A stretch of DNA of 64,000 bases from Leucoraja ocellata (Eukaryota). Positions 48,105-61,472 of this stretch are shown one piece after another. Position 1 is the stretch's first letter. Every line of letters starts with the position of its first letter. Location of the stretch: assembly GCA_036785375.1 (NCBI GenBank), contig JAWMAR010000063.1, forward strand, positions 4,340,001 through 4,404,000. Direction: 5' to 3'. A program made the translations under genes and the position numbers. The notes beneath the pieces were generated by a model, which saw only the letters and a list, made by a program, of their open reading frames with translations, ran no database searches and was not told where the DNA came from.

Positions 48105-50680
48105 AACAACTCCAGAACTGTTTGGAGTCTGTAGACTGGGCAATGCTCAGGGATTCGGCAATGGACCTGAACGATTACGTCATAGTCGTTACAGACTTCA
48201 TAAAGAAATATGTGGAGGACTGCATCCCAACAAAAACCTTCCGAGTGTTTCCCAATCAGAAGCCTTGGATGAACTTTGAGATCCGCACTATTCTGAAGAC
48301 CAGACACCAGGCATTCATGTCCGAAGATACAGAGGTCTACAAGAAGTCCAGATACAACCTTGGTAAGGACATCAAAGAGGCCAAAAGGGACATTTGCTCC
48401 AAGCTGGAGGATGAGATAGATGTTCGGCAACTGTGGCGGGGCTTGAATGCCATCACTTCCTCCAAGGCGAAATCAGGAGGCAGCTCCAATGTCAGCGTAA
48501 CATCACTCCCTGACAAGCTCAATGCGTTCTACGCATGCTTTGATAGGGAGAATACTGATGTGCCTTCCAGAGCCCCCATTCGCCATGATGGTATTTTGGT
48601 CACAATCACAGAGGTTGACGTCAGAAAATCCTTCAGAGGGGTGAACCCTTGGAAAGCACCTGGACCTGATGGTATACCTGGTCGTGTTCTCAAAACCTGT
48701 GCGGACCAACTGGCGGGAGTTTTTACAGACATTTACAACCTCTCACTTCTGAGGTCTGAGGTTCCCACCTGCTATAAAAGGACATCAATTATACCGGTGC
48801 CCAAGAAGAGCAAGGAGACGTGCCTCAACGACTATCATATAACCATATAACCATATAACAATTACAGCACGGAAACAGGCCATCTCGGCCCTACAAGTCC
48901 ATGCCGAACAAATTTTTTTCCCCTTAGTCCCACCTGCCTGCACTCGTACCATAACCCTCCATTCCCTTCTCATCCATATGCCTATCCAATTTATTTTTAA
49001 ATGATACCAATGAACCTGCCGACACCACTTCCACTGGAAGCTCATTCCATACCGCTACCACTCTCTGAGTAAAGAAGTTCCCCCTCATATTGCCCCTAAA
49101 CTTCTGTCCCTTAATTCTGAAGTCATGTCCTCTTGTTTGAATCTTCCCTATTCTCAAAGGGAAAAGCTTGTCCACATCAACTCTGTCTATCCCTCTCATC
49201 ATTTTAAAGACCTCTATCAAGTCCCCCCCTTAACCTTCTGCGCTCCAGAGAATAAAGACCTAACTTATTCAACCTATCTCTGTAACTTAGTTGTTGAAAC
49301 CCAGGCAACATTCTAGTAAATCTCCTCTGTACTCTCTCTATTTTGTTGACATCCTTCCTATAATTTGGCGACCAAAATTGTACACCATACTCCAGATTTG
49401 GTCTCACTGGACTATCGACCAGTGGCACTAGCGTCTGTGGTGATGAAGTGCTTTGAGAGGCTGATCATGGTGCAAATCATACCTCAACAAAAACCTGGAC
49501 CCACTGCAGTTTGCTTACCGCCACAACAGATCAACGGTGGATGCGATCTCGCTGGCTCTCCACTCCACTCTGGACCACTTGGACAACAAAAACTCATATG
49601 TCAGACTGTTATTCATTGACTACAGCTCAGCATTTAATACAATCATCCCCTCCAAGCTGGTTATTGGTGGAAATGTGTCAGCCTCGATAACAATCAGCAC
49701 AAGAGCACCTCAAGGCTGCGTGCTCAACCCCCTGCTGTACTCACTCTATACTCATGACTGCGTAGCCGGCCACAGTGCAAACTCCATCATCAAGTTCGCC
49801 GACGACACCACTGTTGTGGGACGTATCATTGATGGAGACAAGAGAGTATAGAGGTGAGATCGACCGACTGACCAAATGGTGCCAGTACAATAACCTGGCT
49901 CTCAACACCAGCAAAACCAATGAACTGATTGTGGACTTTGGAAGGGGTAGCATGGGGACCCACAGTCCCGTTTATATCAAGGGTGGAAAGGGTCAAGAGC
50001 TTCAAATTCCTGGGCGGGCATATTTCTGAAGATCTCTCCTGGTCCGAGAACACTGATGCAATTATAAAGAAAACACATCAGCGCCTCTACTTCCTGAGAA
50101 GATTACGGAGAGTCGGTATGTCGAGGAGGATTCTCTCGAACTTCTACAGGTGCACAGTAGAGAGCAAGCTGACCGGTTGCATCGTGGCTTGGTTCGGCAA
50201 CTTGGGCGTACGGGAACAGAAAAGACTGCAAAAAGTTGTAAACACTGCCCAGTCCATCATCGGCTCTGACCTCCCTACCATCGAGGGGATCGACCACAGT
50301 CAGTGCCTCAAAAAGGCTGGCAGCATCATCAAGGACCCACACCATCCTGGCCACACACTCATCTCTCCACTGCCTTCAGTTAGAAGGTACAGGAGCCTGA
50401 AATCTGCAACATCCAGGTTCAGGAACAGCTACTTCCCCCAGCCATCAGACTATTAAACTCAAATGAAACAAAAATCTGAACTTTAATAACCTATTGCACT
50501 TTATATGCTTATTTATGTGTGTAAATATATATATATATTCAATGGTATATGGGCACACTGATCTGTTCTGTATTTATTTATGCCTACAATATTCTGTTGT
50601 GCTGAAGCAAAGCAAGAATTTCATTGTCCTATCTGGGATACATGACAATAAACTCTCTTGAACTCTTGAACTCTTGAAAT
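48105..50680 (+). mobile_element. 5'-truncated Rex1/Babar-clade LINE with reverse transcriptase, disrupted
   Basis: FPNQKPWM, KAPGPDGIPGRVLK, IIPVPKK, CLNDY|[38 protein letters not shown]. Frameshifts, an internal deletion near 49660, and an (AACTCTTG)n tail. Confidence 0.9.
48837..49409 (-). mobile_element. CR1 LINE 3' fragment inserted into the Rex1 RT
   Basis: VRPNLEYGVQFWSP...LERRRLRG and IEVFKMMRG...FFTQRVVAVWNELP. TSD GACTATC at 48830-48836 and 49410-49416. (TATGGTTA)n tail. Confidence 0.92.
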
Positions 50681-50756
50681 TGAGGGCTAAATTTAATATC
50701 TCACAAAAACAGGAGGTGGAACTACATACAGGACTAAACTGCATTCATTGAATGGA

Positions 50757-51862
50757 ATAGAAACACAGCAAATAGGTGCAGGAATAGGCCATTCGGCCCT
50801 TCGAGCCAGCACCGCCATTCAATATAATCATGACTGATCATCCAAAATCAGTACCCTGTACCTGCTTTCTCCCCATATCCCCTGATTCTGTTAGCCCTAT
50901 TTGCTAAATCTTTTAAAAATATATATTTTTATTAGAAGCATATGTACCAATAATAGTGAGCAACAATTTAATTACAAATTTCTTACATAGCTTCAATTTT
51001 TTTTAAGAGTAAAGATAAAGGGAGAAAAAGGTGAGAGAAATTGATAGAAGGAGAGGAGGAAGAGAAAGAAAAAAAACCCAAAGGAGACGCAGAAATAAAC
51101 TACCAATAACAAGATTATGGAGATAGATCCGGGAACTGTAGAGGGTAACTATTCATCCATTCCCCAACTCAGGTTTCAGCCCTGATTCTGCGTTAAACCA
51201 ATTTACCTTTTCAAATATTCAATAAATGGTGACCATATTCTAACAAAAAGTTCTGGTTTGTCAATTAAGACAAGTCTTATTTTTTTCCAAATGCAAGGTC
51301 TCAGTCATTTCCGTTACCCACATTTTAATTGTGTGGGCTGCTGGGTTTTTCCAGAATTTTAGCTTTAATTTTTTCGCAGTTATTAAACTGCAGTCAAGAA
51401 ATTGTCTCTGACTTGCCGTAAAGTTATAGTATGTTCTGATAATCCTAAAATTATTAATTTTGGCTCTGGGTCCAATTGGATATTGATAACTTCAGAAATA
51501 ATTTTAAAAATGTCCACCCAGAAATTTTGAATTTTTATACAAGTTACAAAGGTATACGTTAAATTGGCATCTTGAAATTGACCTATCACAGAGAGGGGAA
51601 ATATTTGGAAAAATCCTATTTAATTTTCCCTTCGAATAATGTAGTCTGTATAATATTTTGAATTGAATCAAGGAGTGTCTAGCATTTAACGAACAGTGAT
51701 TTATATATTGTAAACTTTCATCCCATGTGTCTTTTATTATGGATTGATCCAGCTCGTCTTCCCATGCTCGTCTATATGATTCTGAAGATGGGACCTCACT
51801 ATTTGTTAAATCTAATTCTCTCTTGAAACCATCCAGTGAATTGGCCTCCACTGCCTTCTGGA
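50757..51862 (-). mobile_element. CR1/HER1 3' tail split by an L1 insertion
   Basis: The tail at 50757-50911 resumes at 51799-51862 (TCTCTCTTGAAACCATCCAGTGAATTGGCCTCCACTGCCTTCTG). Confidence 0.78.
50912..51798 (-). mobile_element. 5'-truncated L1-clade LINE (ORF2 C-terminal Cys-rich region and 3' UTR)
   Basis: RRAWEDEL...W...CSLNARHSLIQFKILYRLHYSK.KL..IFP.ISPLCDR and FVTC.KIQNFW. 15-bp TSD CTATTTG(C/T)TAAATCT at 50897-50911 and 51799-51813. AATAAA near the 3' end. Confidence 0.85.
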
Positions 51863-52114
51863 ACACGGAGTTGTCTGATTTCCATAACTGCTACATTCAG
51901 GAGGCACTGTCCATTGGCCAGTCACTTTAGTTAATGACCTGAAGTTAAAGCTTGATGCATTCACCAAAGGCACGGCCTAAAATTAAGATGACTGAAGAGG
52001 GTGGGGCCAATTATTCCACCAAGGGAGTAAGCCTCAGAGTTGGTGCAGTGAGAGAGACTAATGTTCAATGTGGTATCCAGAACTGTTGTGGGTTCTTTCT
52101 TGTGCTTAACAAAA

Positions 52115-52482
52115 ACCTCATTGAAACTTACTGAATAGTGAAAGGATGTGGAGAGGATGTTTCCACTAGTGGGAGAATCTAGGGCAAGAGGTCATAGCCT
52201 CATAATTAAAGGACGTTCGTTTAGGACGGAGGAGGATTTTCTTCAGTCAGAGGGTAGTGAATCTGTGGAATTCTTTGCCACAGAAGGCTTTGGAGGCCAA
52301 GTCAGTGGATATTTTTAAGGCAGAGATAGATAAATTCTTGAATAGTATGGGTGTCAGGGGTTATGGGGAAAAGGCAGGGGAAAGAGTTAGGAGGGAGAGA
52401 TAGATCAGCCATGATTGAATGGCATGGTAGACATGACGGGCCAAATGGCCTAATTCTACTCCTATCACTAATGATCTTATGA
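52115..52482 (+). mobile_element. CR1/HER1 3' fragment
   Basis: CTCATTGAAACTTAC...GAGGTCATAGCCTC...GTGAATCTGTGGAATTCTTTGCC, followed by the family tail. Confidence 0.85.
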
Positions 52483-53167
52483 CATTAACATGTTTTTGGC
52501 TGGGCATGGTTACGACTGGGTATTGGTGCTGCTTCATGGTAGTCTTGGTTTCAGATCAATATTGCGTACATCGATTGATTGTTCACTGCACATACACCAC
52601 TACACTGCAAGAAACCCAGACTGCTATTAAGCAGCACAAGTACACACCCTTTCTTGTTAAGCACCCACAACAGTACGCTTTAAAGAAGTTGTTCGATTTT
52701 GACAAGTTCGCAGTTGGCTAATTTGTTTAGACTGTTGTTCTAATTTTACAATCTTTTAGTGTTTATTGTGTTTATTTTTCAAATTTCGGATCTACTGTGG
52801 TACTGTGTACAATGTTCCTCTAGTTCATTACTCGTACAGTCTGATTTATCTTACAAAAGCATACTTACAGATGGATAACATTTTGAGGATTTGATCGCCA
52901 TTCGTGAAGTCATGAATGGGCGCAGCCAACTTGAAATTTTCACCGTTTAATTTTTGGTGATAATATCCTACCTGATGTCTTTAGAGTTGCTTTGTTAAAC
53001 AATATCATAATTATCACTCATGGTCATGGCAATTTGTGATATACCATCCTCTTTGTTGCCCATGTCTGTCATTCCCTGTCATAAATACTGAGAAATAGAA
53101 GTGTGTGGCTTGAACAATGCTGATTTGGATTCAAAAAGCTAATGTTTTATTCAGTTCTTTAACTGGG

Positions 53168-53290
53168 GATAGACACAAAATGCTGTAGTACCTCAGCGGG
53201 ACAGGCAGCATCTCTGGAGAGAAGGAATGGGTGATCTTCCTGAGACCCTTCATCAGACTGATGTCAGGGGAGTGGGCGGGACAGAGATAA
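53168..53290 (-). mobile_element. PLE pLTR fragment with degenerate hammerhead (CTGATGA core)
   Basis: Minus strand CAGTCTGATGAAGGGTCTCAGGAAGATCACCCATTCC... Confidence 0.72.
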
Positions 53291-53384
53291 CCAGAGGATT
53301 TCTTTAAAGCGAGAGAATGCTGAAACCTCAGTAGCATCTCTGTATTGTATCCTTTGCTAACTCTAAATATTAGATTTAGTTCTT

Positions 53385-53535
53385 AGGGCTAAAGGAATGA
53401 AGGGATATGGGGAGAAAGCAGAAACGGGGTACTGATTTTAGATGATCAGCCATGATCATACTGAATGGCACTGCTGGCTCGAAGGGCCGAATGGCCTACT
53501 CCTGCAACTATTTTTTATATGTTTCTATGTTTCTA
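53385..53535 (+). mobile_element. CR1/HER1 3' tail
   Basis: GCTGGCTCGAAGGGCCGAATGGCCTACTCCTGCA followed by (TATGTTTC)n. Confidence 0.8.
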
Positions 53536-54514
53536 AATAATATGGAGATGTACAGTACATTTAACATGCACATATACTCTCAGTATTTATACTTCTCAGA
53601 AGAGTGAAGGTTAACACTTGATTATTATACATGTGTGGTTTTTATACTAACCACCATTCTCAAAGTGCTCCTGTGCTGTAGTGCAGTGAGGCTATGTTGC
53701 GACTGAGATGTGAGAGAGAATTCAGATAGTATAATCCCAAAGCAGTAGATTATTTCCTCTGATTAACATTCCCAACTTTCAACAGGAAAGGTCTGAGAGA
53801 ATAGAATCTACACACCAATGGAGAATATTTAGCACCAATAATATAATATTTAGTAAATCATTTAGTCACATCTAAATTTCAAAATGTGGTTGTGAACATT
53901 GTTTTTTTGGCTCATTTCAGAGTCACAGGCGATGTGTATGTGGTTTGCTCATTCAGTCACTTACACAGGTCACAGAGGTGAATGGTCAATGTGATATCTC
54001 AAAGGGTGAAGAATCCATCTTTTGCGTTCTGTTTTATTGTGCAAAGGAGAAGTGGGGTTTGCCACAAATTCCCATTTTAAAAAAAAATGCATGTCACAAT
54101 TTCCAGGGATGTGACTCCTAAAAATTGGTCATAGAAGTATTTGCTTAAAATCCATATGAAAATTACCTGTGTACAAAATGTGGTCTGTGGGCCTCCAATT
54201 TAAATGTATTATGGCTTTTGCCCTCATGTATTGAGGCATTACCCCTAATCAGCCTTTGCCATATCATGTATTCGCTCTTAGGTATAGTGGAGGGTGGGAG
54301 GGGGGAGGGGGGGATCATTGGTGGAAACTTCATTTCTGTCAGTTCCATAATGATATTAACTTTGAATTATTTATAATAATTTTTTGACCAAACATATTTT
54401 TCTGCAAGCAGGATTAATGCATGTATTTGCAATTATGTATTACTGCTTCAGCTAACATTGTTAAGTACAATATTGTGAATCGTCAAATATATTGAAGTAT
54501 TAATATATTAAAGT

Positions 54515-54612
54515 CTAAAGAAGGGTCTTGACCCGAAATTTCATCTTTTCCTGTTCTCCAGAGATGCTGCCTGACACTGCTGAGTTACTCCAGCATTTTG
54601 TGTCTATCTTCC
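54515..54612 (+). mobile_element. Short PLE insertion with 10-bp TSD
   Basis: ATATTAAAGT at 54505-54514 and 54613-54622. The insert starts at the mutated hammerhead core CTAAAGAAGGGTCTTGACCCGAAA. Confidence 0.82.
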
Positions 54613-54741
54613 ATATTAAAGTGATTACTTTAATTATTAGCAAGATAGCATTGTCTCAAAAATAGATGAAGATTTTCCATTTCGACTGCTGAATGGCGAA
54701 TAGCCATACGTGCAGTTGATATAGAGTATTGAGAAGTGTTC

Positions 54742-55038
54742 AGTTTAGTTTAGCTTAGAGATGCAGCGTAGAAACAGACCTTTTGGCCCACCGCGTCTGC
54801 TCCGATCAGCGATCCCCGCACACTAACGCTTTCCTACACATACTAGGAACAATTTACATTTATACCAAGCCAATTAACCGACAAACTTGTATGTCGGAGT
54901 GTGGGAGAAAACTGAAGATCTCGGAGAAAACCCACTCTGGTCACGGGCCGTATGTATAAATTCCATACAGACAGCACCCGCAGTCAGGATAGAACCCGAG
55001 TCTCTGGCGCATGTAAGGCACTGCGCCTCTGTGCCACC
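54742..55038 (-). mobile_element. HE1-type V-SINE
   Basis: Colinear with 1486-1798. Confidence 0.83.
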
Positions 55039-56339
55039 GATCGGTGATTAAATGATGAGATATTTCCTTTAGCAGAGAGGTCAATAACTGGAGGGTATAA
55101 ACTCATTGATAGAAGGAGTAGAGTTGAAGATTTTCTGTACATGCAGTGGAAGGAAAGGGTTTGGAGTTCACTTCCCAAGAGAGATGCAAGTAGTTGTGTT
55201 TAAGATGTACTTGTCTGAACACTTGCTGTGGCAAAGTTATGGACCAGAGGTAGGATTAGGAAGGCTGGCTCTTTCTACATGGGCGTGGGTTCAATGGGAT
55301 GGTGATCTCCTGTTGTAAACATCTCAATGATCCAAGCAGAGGAGACACCATGGGGGATTGGATTGGACCCTCTCGGATTTTTCTGCCTGCTAAGGAATTA
55401 TCTGAGAAGAGATTTGAAGGATTTGATGAATATTATGGAAAACGTGCCTTGGAGAAGCAAAGGAACAAAAGGATTTTGTTCAAATTACAATAGGATTAGT
55501 GTCCGTTTCTTTGTGTAGAAAGAACAGATTAACAAACGGAATTGTGGAAAGCGAAATGATGGAAGCAAAAGTTCCAGAATTGCTTATGAAGATAAAAAGG
55601 AGGAATTTGTGCATGTTCTGAATAAGTGAATTATAAAAATTTTACTCATCCACCAATGTGATGCGGTTAAACTCACAAATGATTTGAGAGTTTATTACTG
55701 AAGCTGCTGATAATATTCAACTATGTAATATTCAACTGTACATTCTGCCTATCTATCACTAACAGGCCCGCGTCCAACATAATCACAAGGTTAATTATTT
55801 TAAAGGTGTGGAAACAAAGGGAAAATAAAAATCTTCCCTTAGTTTTAAGTAGCTATAAATTTACAAATATATTAATGTAATATTTGTCTCAAAAGAAGCT
55901 ATACCAGATTTATGTCATTTCTAGATAATCATGATACCATGAACAATATTTATGTGGTTAAAACTTAAATTTGGCATCATTGACTTGTGTTAGGTTGCCT
56001 TGGTAAACTGAAACGTTGGGCTGCATTGTATTCAAATCTTGTGGGTTGTTGAGCAAGTTTCTGTTTACAGAGATATTCCTTCCGTAGAAAGATTGTTGGG
56101 CTTTCACCACCGATATGAAGCTGCTGCCTAATGCAGTGAAATGCTGTGACTTTAATTTAATGATTCCTTCTTGAATACATTCTCTCGCAGCCACAGAATC
56201 CACGAGAAAAGTTGCCTTGCTGCTAAACTTTGCAACCTTCCTTAAAACTTACAGTGTAAGTGGTGGGAATATCTGTCAGATGCTTCTACAAAATAAACTT
56301 CTGGGAAACCTGCAATCATCAGTCGATTAGAATTGGTCT

Positions 56340-56670
56340 ACCACATTTTCACCACCCTGATCCTCAGCACAAGGATATGTCCTCTTCACTATTCCCTGTG
56401 CACCCATTACTGTGTAGTCCAGTGCTGTGCCAACTCGATCTTTAAGTTCACTTATGATATCACTGTTGCCTGCTGGATCAACAAAAAGGATAAGAGGAAA
56501 TGCACAACTATGCTTGCACCATTCTGTTAATTTGAACTGGTCAATGTATTTATTAGTATATTTATCGTTAATGTGCGTATACTGTTTACTCTATTAGTTT
56601 CATGTGAACAAGGAATTTCATTGAACACTAGTGTATATGACAATGAGGTAACCTGAATCTGAATCTGAGC
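56340..56670 (+). mobile_element. Old internally deleted Rex1-like fragment
   Basis: HYSLCTHYCV..CCANSIFKFTYDITV parallels [10 protein letters not shown]...[13 protein letters not shown], followed by a GGAATTTCATTG...ATGACAAT tail. Confidence 0.6.
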
Positions 56671-56789
56671 ATAGACCTGCTGGACTGAAGAGCTTGTATC
56701 CATGATGCACGACTATGATGTCTAAAATGTCTGATCTAGACTAGAATCGGTTTCTTTGTGTTACGTCAGCGACTGGCTGAAACTCTTCC

Positions 56790-56982
56790 AAAAGACACAA
56801 AGTGCTGGCATAACTCAAAAAGTCAGGCAACATTTCTGGATAGAACATGGATAAGTCAGAAGGGTCCCAACTCAACACGTCACCTATCCATGTTCTCAGG
56901 ATTTGCTACCTGACCCGCTGGGTCACTCCAACACTTTGTGTCTTTTTTTCTGGATCGGCGTCTGCAGTTAATTGTTTCTCCA
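56790..56982. mobile_element. Older fold-back mini-PLE with 12-bp TSD
   Basis: AAAGACACAAAGTG...AGAACATGGATA is inverted against TATCCATGTTCT...CACTTTGTGTCTTT. TSD TGAAACTCTTCC at 56778-56789 and 56983-56994. Confidence 0.8.
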
Positions 56983-57689
56983 TGAAACTCTTCCTACCTT
57001 GGGCAATAATGATGGTTTCAAATTAGTGTTATATAACTTGCACATTAAATGTTAAATGTTAAATAATGAGGTCTCAAAATACGTCAAAGCCTGAGGACAC
57101 ACATTGAGCTTGTGGAGCGCATGAATTTGTAGGGATTACTTACTGTCCTCAAGGGGGTGATATTCTAACAAATGTGGCATGCGAAGCACTGGGTGTAATT
57201 GGCTAAAGATGGCCTTTGTGATTGGGATCTCAGGATGAAGCAGGAGATGGAATGCCCACTCATCACTTCTGGCTGGACATGGTTGCAAACATTTCAGCCC
57301 TGTCTTTCTTATTCATGTACTGGCAACTCAGAGGCTGATGTTGTTGTCAGAGACACTTCCTTTCATTGGATGCTTAATCATCTACCACCACATAATTAGG
57401 CAGGATGGTAGACCTCTGATCTGATCCTCTGTTTGTGGGATTGCTTGCTCTATCTGTTTCAGCTGCTTATCATGCATCCCATCCTCTTTGGAACTTCACC
57501 AGTTGATGCCACATTTTGGGGTATGTCTTGCCAGCTGATAGATCCTCCAGAGTACCATGACTGCAGGCATTAAGACCATACCCTTCACACTGCGTTGAAC
57601 CATTTGCCTGAAGAATTAAAAAGGCAGATTTCCATCTGAAGGACCTTATTTTCACTTATTATATGATCAGGTCATAATCATAGTTCATG

Positions 57690-58010
57690 AATCCAGCTCG
57701 GGTCGGGGGGGAGTTACCCCCGCCAAGGGCACCATGTAATCTCGTGCTACCTGCTCCATGGTCGGATAGTCGGTGACTAAACAGTCTCCCCCACCTGGTT
57801 TGCCAGGTGAGGAGGGGGCTGCGGACCCCCAGCAGGACCAAAAACAAGACCTGTCAAAGGGCGGATGAGTTTCTAGCGAGCCAATGGCCATCCACACTCC
57901 AGTAGAAGTTGCGATCACTGTTGTACACAGCATTGTAAGGAACACACACACCAAAATCCTATACTTCCAGCAGCAGAAGTCCACAGGAACTGGAGGACAG
58001 GGATGTGTGG
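57690..58010 (+). mobile_element. Structured GC-rich segment resembling an RTE-type 5' UTR
   Basis: Multiple hairpins, a GACTAA motif, and CAAGACCT...GGCGGATGA shared with the element at 46159. Confidence 0.45.
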
Positions 58011-59659
58011 TGCGTCCGTCATCGTTCCCGTTGAAAAACAAGCACCACTGCATCGTTAATGTTTTCAGCAATGATGAATGAAAGAATGAATTATGACATA
58101 GAAGGAGGCTATTCAACCCTTCAAGTCTATGCCAGCTCAGAGCACTTTCATCAACCTACTAGCCCCATAGCAGAAGCATCCACATCGTGGGGCTGGAAAC
58201 TGGAAGTATCCTGAGCTAATTCTGCTACCACCATCATCTGTTGTGACAAGTAATGGCTTCCACTGATTGTCGCTTCCACTGATGGATGGACAATGACAGC
58301 AAGGTCAACATTTCGTTGTACCATGTGCAATGACAATAAAGAGATTCATTCATTCATTCATTCATTCATTTGTGACAAGATGAACACGAAAAGAAGAAGA
58401 AGAAGATCAACCCAATTCCCTCTCTTATTTTCCCCTGACCTATTTGCTCTCGCTCATGCCCACCAACTTATTCTAGGTCAATTTACAGTAGCTGATTAAC
58501 CCAGCAGCATATATTTGGGATGTGGGAGGAAACCAGGAAATTGGGAGGAAACCCAGGCAATCACAGGAAGACTCCACATGGACATCAGCCAAGGTCAGGA
58601 TCGACCCTGGGTCAACAAAGTTCTAACTGCAGTGCCACCATAGGTCCCATTACTAAACTGTAGTGGCACCATACCTCCCATTCCTTATTGGTGACCAGTG
58701 TTTTTATAAAACCTACCTCATTAACTGATGTTCATTTTCACAGCTGAGTTGGCTGGATTGAATCATTGCCTCAGGATAGTTAGTCCCAGGACATCAGGTG
58801 ATTAGTTCAATAACTTGACTGTGCCATTAGTGTGCTATAATGACTCTTATTAACTCCTTCACAATAGACACGTTTGAGCTCATAGACATTGGAGGGTGGA
58901 TCTCATTGTGTTGAATACTTTGTGTCATTACCATTCCCACACATTTCACTTCAAGAAAAATGATCCCTCGTTTATTGTGTAACTTTTTCCTGTTACGGTG
59001 AAACTTTAGATTCTGATTAACCACTTAGTTATCTCAAAATGGGCTAGAAGTTGCTCCACACATTTCCGGCATGCAACATCACTCTTGGTTCTCCAGTTAT
59101 GTAGAGCGTTGTCAGCTTCTCCTGTGTAACTGAAACTGTTTGTCTGTTTCATCTCGGCATTGCCGGTGTGGCACAGGGTCAGAACCCCTTAAAAGGAACT
59201 AACCATTGTAAAAGGAACATGCTTCTCGGTTTGGGGCAGTGAGGCAAATGGAAAGAGAAGCTGCAATAATGTGATGGAGATGAGTCGGGGTCCTAGCAGG
59301 GGGGCAAGGGGGGTGGGAGTGATGGAGGGAGAGTTCGAGGAAGCTGGATAGATTGACAAAGCCGCAAGGGATGTAGTCTTCATGTGGAGAGAGGAATTGG
59401 GGGATGCATAGTGTTTGGGGCAGGAGGCAGGAGTTAGCCAGGGTGGTCCCTATATGGACAGGATTATGGTCTATAAATTCCTGCTCCCTGGGAAAGTGCA
59501 AGAAACAGAAACTGCCGTGCCAGTGTTGTCTGCTCCTTTTGGGGTGAAAGATGAGAAGATGCCTCCAGCCCTTGAGTAAGGGACTTGGATGACTTCCCCA
59601 GTGTAGTGGTGAACAGCAAACTGGGCAATGTGGCAGAGACGGTAGCCTGCAGCACAAGT

Positions 59660-59970
59660 AGGCACACCAACGTCTCTACCTCCCGAGGAGACTGAGGAAA
59701 TTCAGCATGTCTCCAGTGACTCTCACAAGCCTCTACACATGCACCATAGGAAAAATACTGTTGGGTTGCACCACAGCTTGGTTGGGGAACAGCTCTGCCC
59801 AAGACAGCTCTGTCCACCACACAGACCAGACTTTCCACCATTGATTCCATCTACGCTTTGCCTCGGTAAAGCAGCCAACATAATAAAAAACTTCCCACCC
59901 CATTCATTGGAAGCACGCACAACAGACTCAGGAACAGGTTCTTCCCCTCTGTTATCATGCTTCTGAATGG
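59660..59970 (+). mobile_element. Old Rex1-like ORF2 3' fragment
   Basis: Similar to 50080-50460: CGTCTCTACCTCCCGAGGAGACTGAGG, CLGKAANIIK. Confidence 0.65.
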
Positions 59971-60659
59971 TGAAGAGAGTCAAGTGTGTTTAATTACCAA
60001 ATGTTACAAAACGGAGCAATGAAATTCTTACTTGCATCAGCAGAACAAGGTTGTAATCATAATGCTCCATAGATAACATAATGAACAAGCAATAAAAAAA
60101 GTTTTGCAATAAAGGATGAGGAATGAAGCTTAAGTGTTAGCCCTTCATCTAGGTCACTTTCATGAGAAACAGGATTAGTAAAAGCTGGTTGCTCCTTGAG
60201 TAAATAAGAACCATTTTCAGACGCTCTGAATGTTGAATATCGCACTGATGTTTATGTAATCGGGAAGAGTTTTGCTCCAAATAAAACTGCTAAGGAGAGC
60301 AAAATCCAACCGATAAATGAAGTTGTAATGTTCCCGATGGACCAGTTAAAGTAAATGAATTGACATTCAGGCACCATAATACAAATCATTATATACCAGT
60401 TAACCTGATTTCCAACAGCATAGCTCTCTTTCCTTGCAAGTTTTGTGGATGAATTTCAGGAACTCACTCAGATTTGCATTTTGAATAAGCTGCCAATTTA
60501 CCACTGAAATCAGATGATCACATGTGGAAATCCAACAATACCACTTTCAATGAATCTTTGGACAGATGATGTGCATTGGCCCAGTGTGATATTATATCAG
60601 TGTGACGTAATTCAACATTCACTCTATAATTTGTTGAAACATGGAGGAGGAGGAGGGCT

Positions 60660-61060
60660 TTGAGTTGGGATGGACACCTGAGTCAGAAGGTAAGACACTT
60701 CTTACTTCTTCAACAGACCCTTGGGGATTGAGAATGACTCTGGTACCAACTCTGGTTTTACAGACTCTAAACTGGCCCATTAGGCACATTTTGGGAATCC
60801 TACAGTAAGTTATTCCAATGTTGGGGCAGGTTAAGTGATCTGTGTGTAAAGTGGTCTGCTTGTTCCATTGTTTATGCAGGTCCACTGTGTACTCCCGATA
60901 CATGGCCTTAAGTTCTCAATAGCACCCTGAATGCACCTTCTCCATTCTCAATGCAATGGTACAGAAACTCCCAGGAGTCAGTGGAGAAATTGCATTTCTT
61001 CAACGAGGCTTTACGTACATCCTTGAATCTTCCATCCACCTGGTGATCTCTTCCGATGAC
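60660..61060 (-). mobile_element. Very old RTE-like 3' fragment
   Basis: Minus strand GGAAGAGATCACCAGGTGGA...AGATTCAAGGATGTACGTAAAGCCTCG reads approximately KRSPGG..RFKDV.KAS, an RTE C-terminal motif. Confidence 0.4.
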
Positions 61061-61272
61061 TCTATAACTATAGCAGAGGATTCCTTGTGAAGCAACATTT
61101 ATAATAAAGTCAATGCAATGTTTGAAGGATTACGTTACCCTGCAAAAGCATCACATAAAAGGTAAGTTATGTGACGTTGAATGGGACCTAGAAGGATTAT
61201 TAACCTAGGGTGAATACCCTGAGCTTTTCTCAACCTTTTTAATCAATTCATATTTAATGAGAATGTATTTTA

Positions 61273-61472
61273 AAAACTGCAGATGCTGGAAATCTGGAAT
61301 AAAATTAGAAAATGCTGGAAAAACACAGCGGATCAGGAGGAATATGTGGACTGAGAAACAGTCAATGTTTCAAGTTAAATGCCCAGAGTTTCTGATGAGG
61401 ACTCTTTGACTTGAAATGTTCACTATGTCTCTTTCCACAGATGCTGCTCAATCTGCTGATGCTTCCCAGCAT
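61273..61472. mobile_element. Old fold-back PLE remnant with canonical CTGATGAG hammerhead core
   Basis: AACTGCAGATGCTGGAAATC tail, inverted arms, and CTGATGAGGACTCTTTGACTTGAAATGTT. Related decayed pieces lie at ~61925-62030 and ~62330-62460. Confidence 0.65.

Noticed and set aside
58624-58682. Imperfect ~31-bp tandem duplication at the end of an old SINE remnant
   Set aside because: Ordinary local duplication with no sign of function.
9058-60479. Enrichment of octamer (ATGCAAAT) sites as POU autoregulation
   Set aside because: About seven were seen by eye in 64 kb of AT-rich DNA, not clearly above chance.
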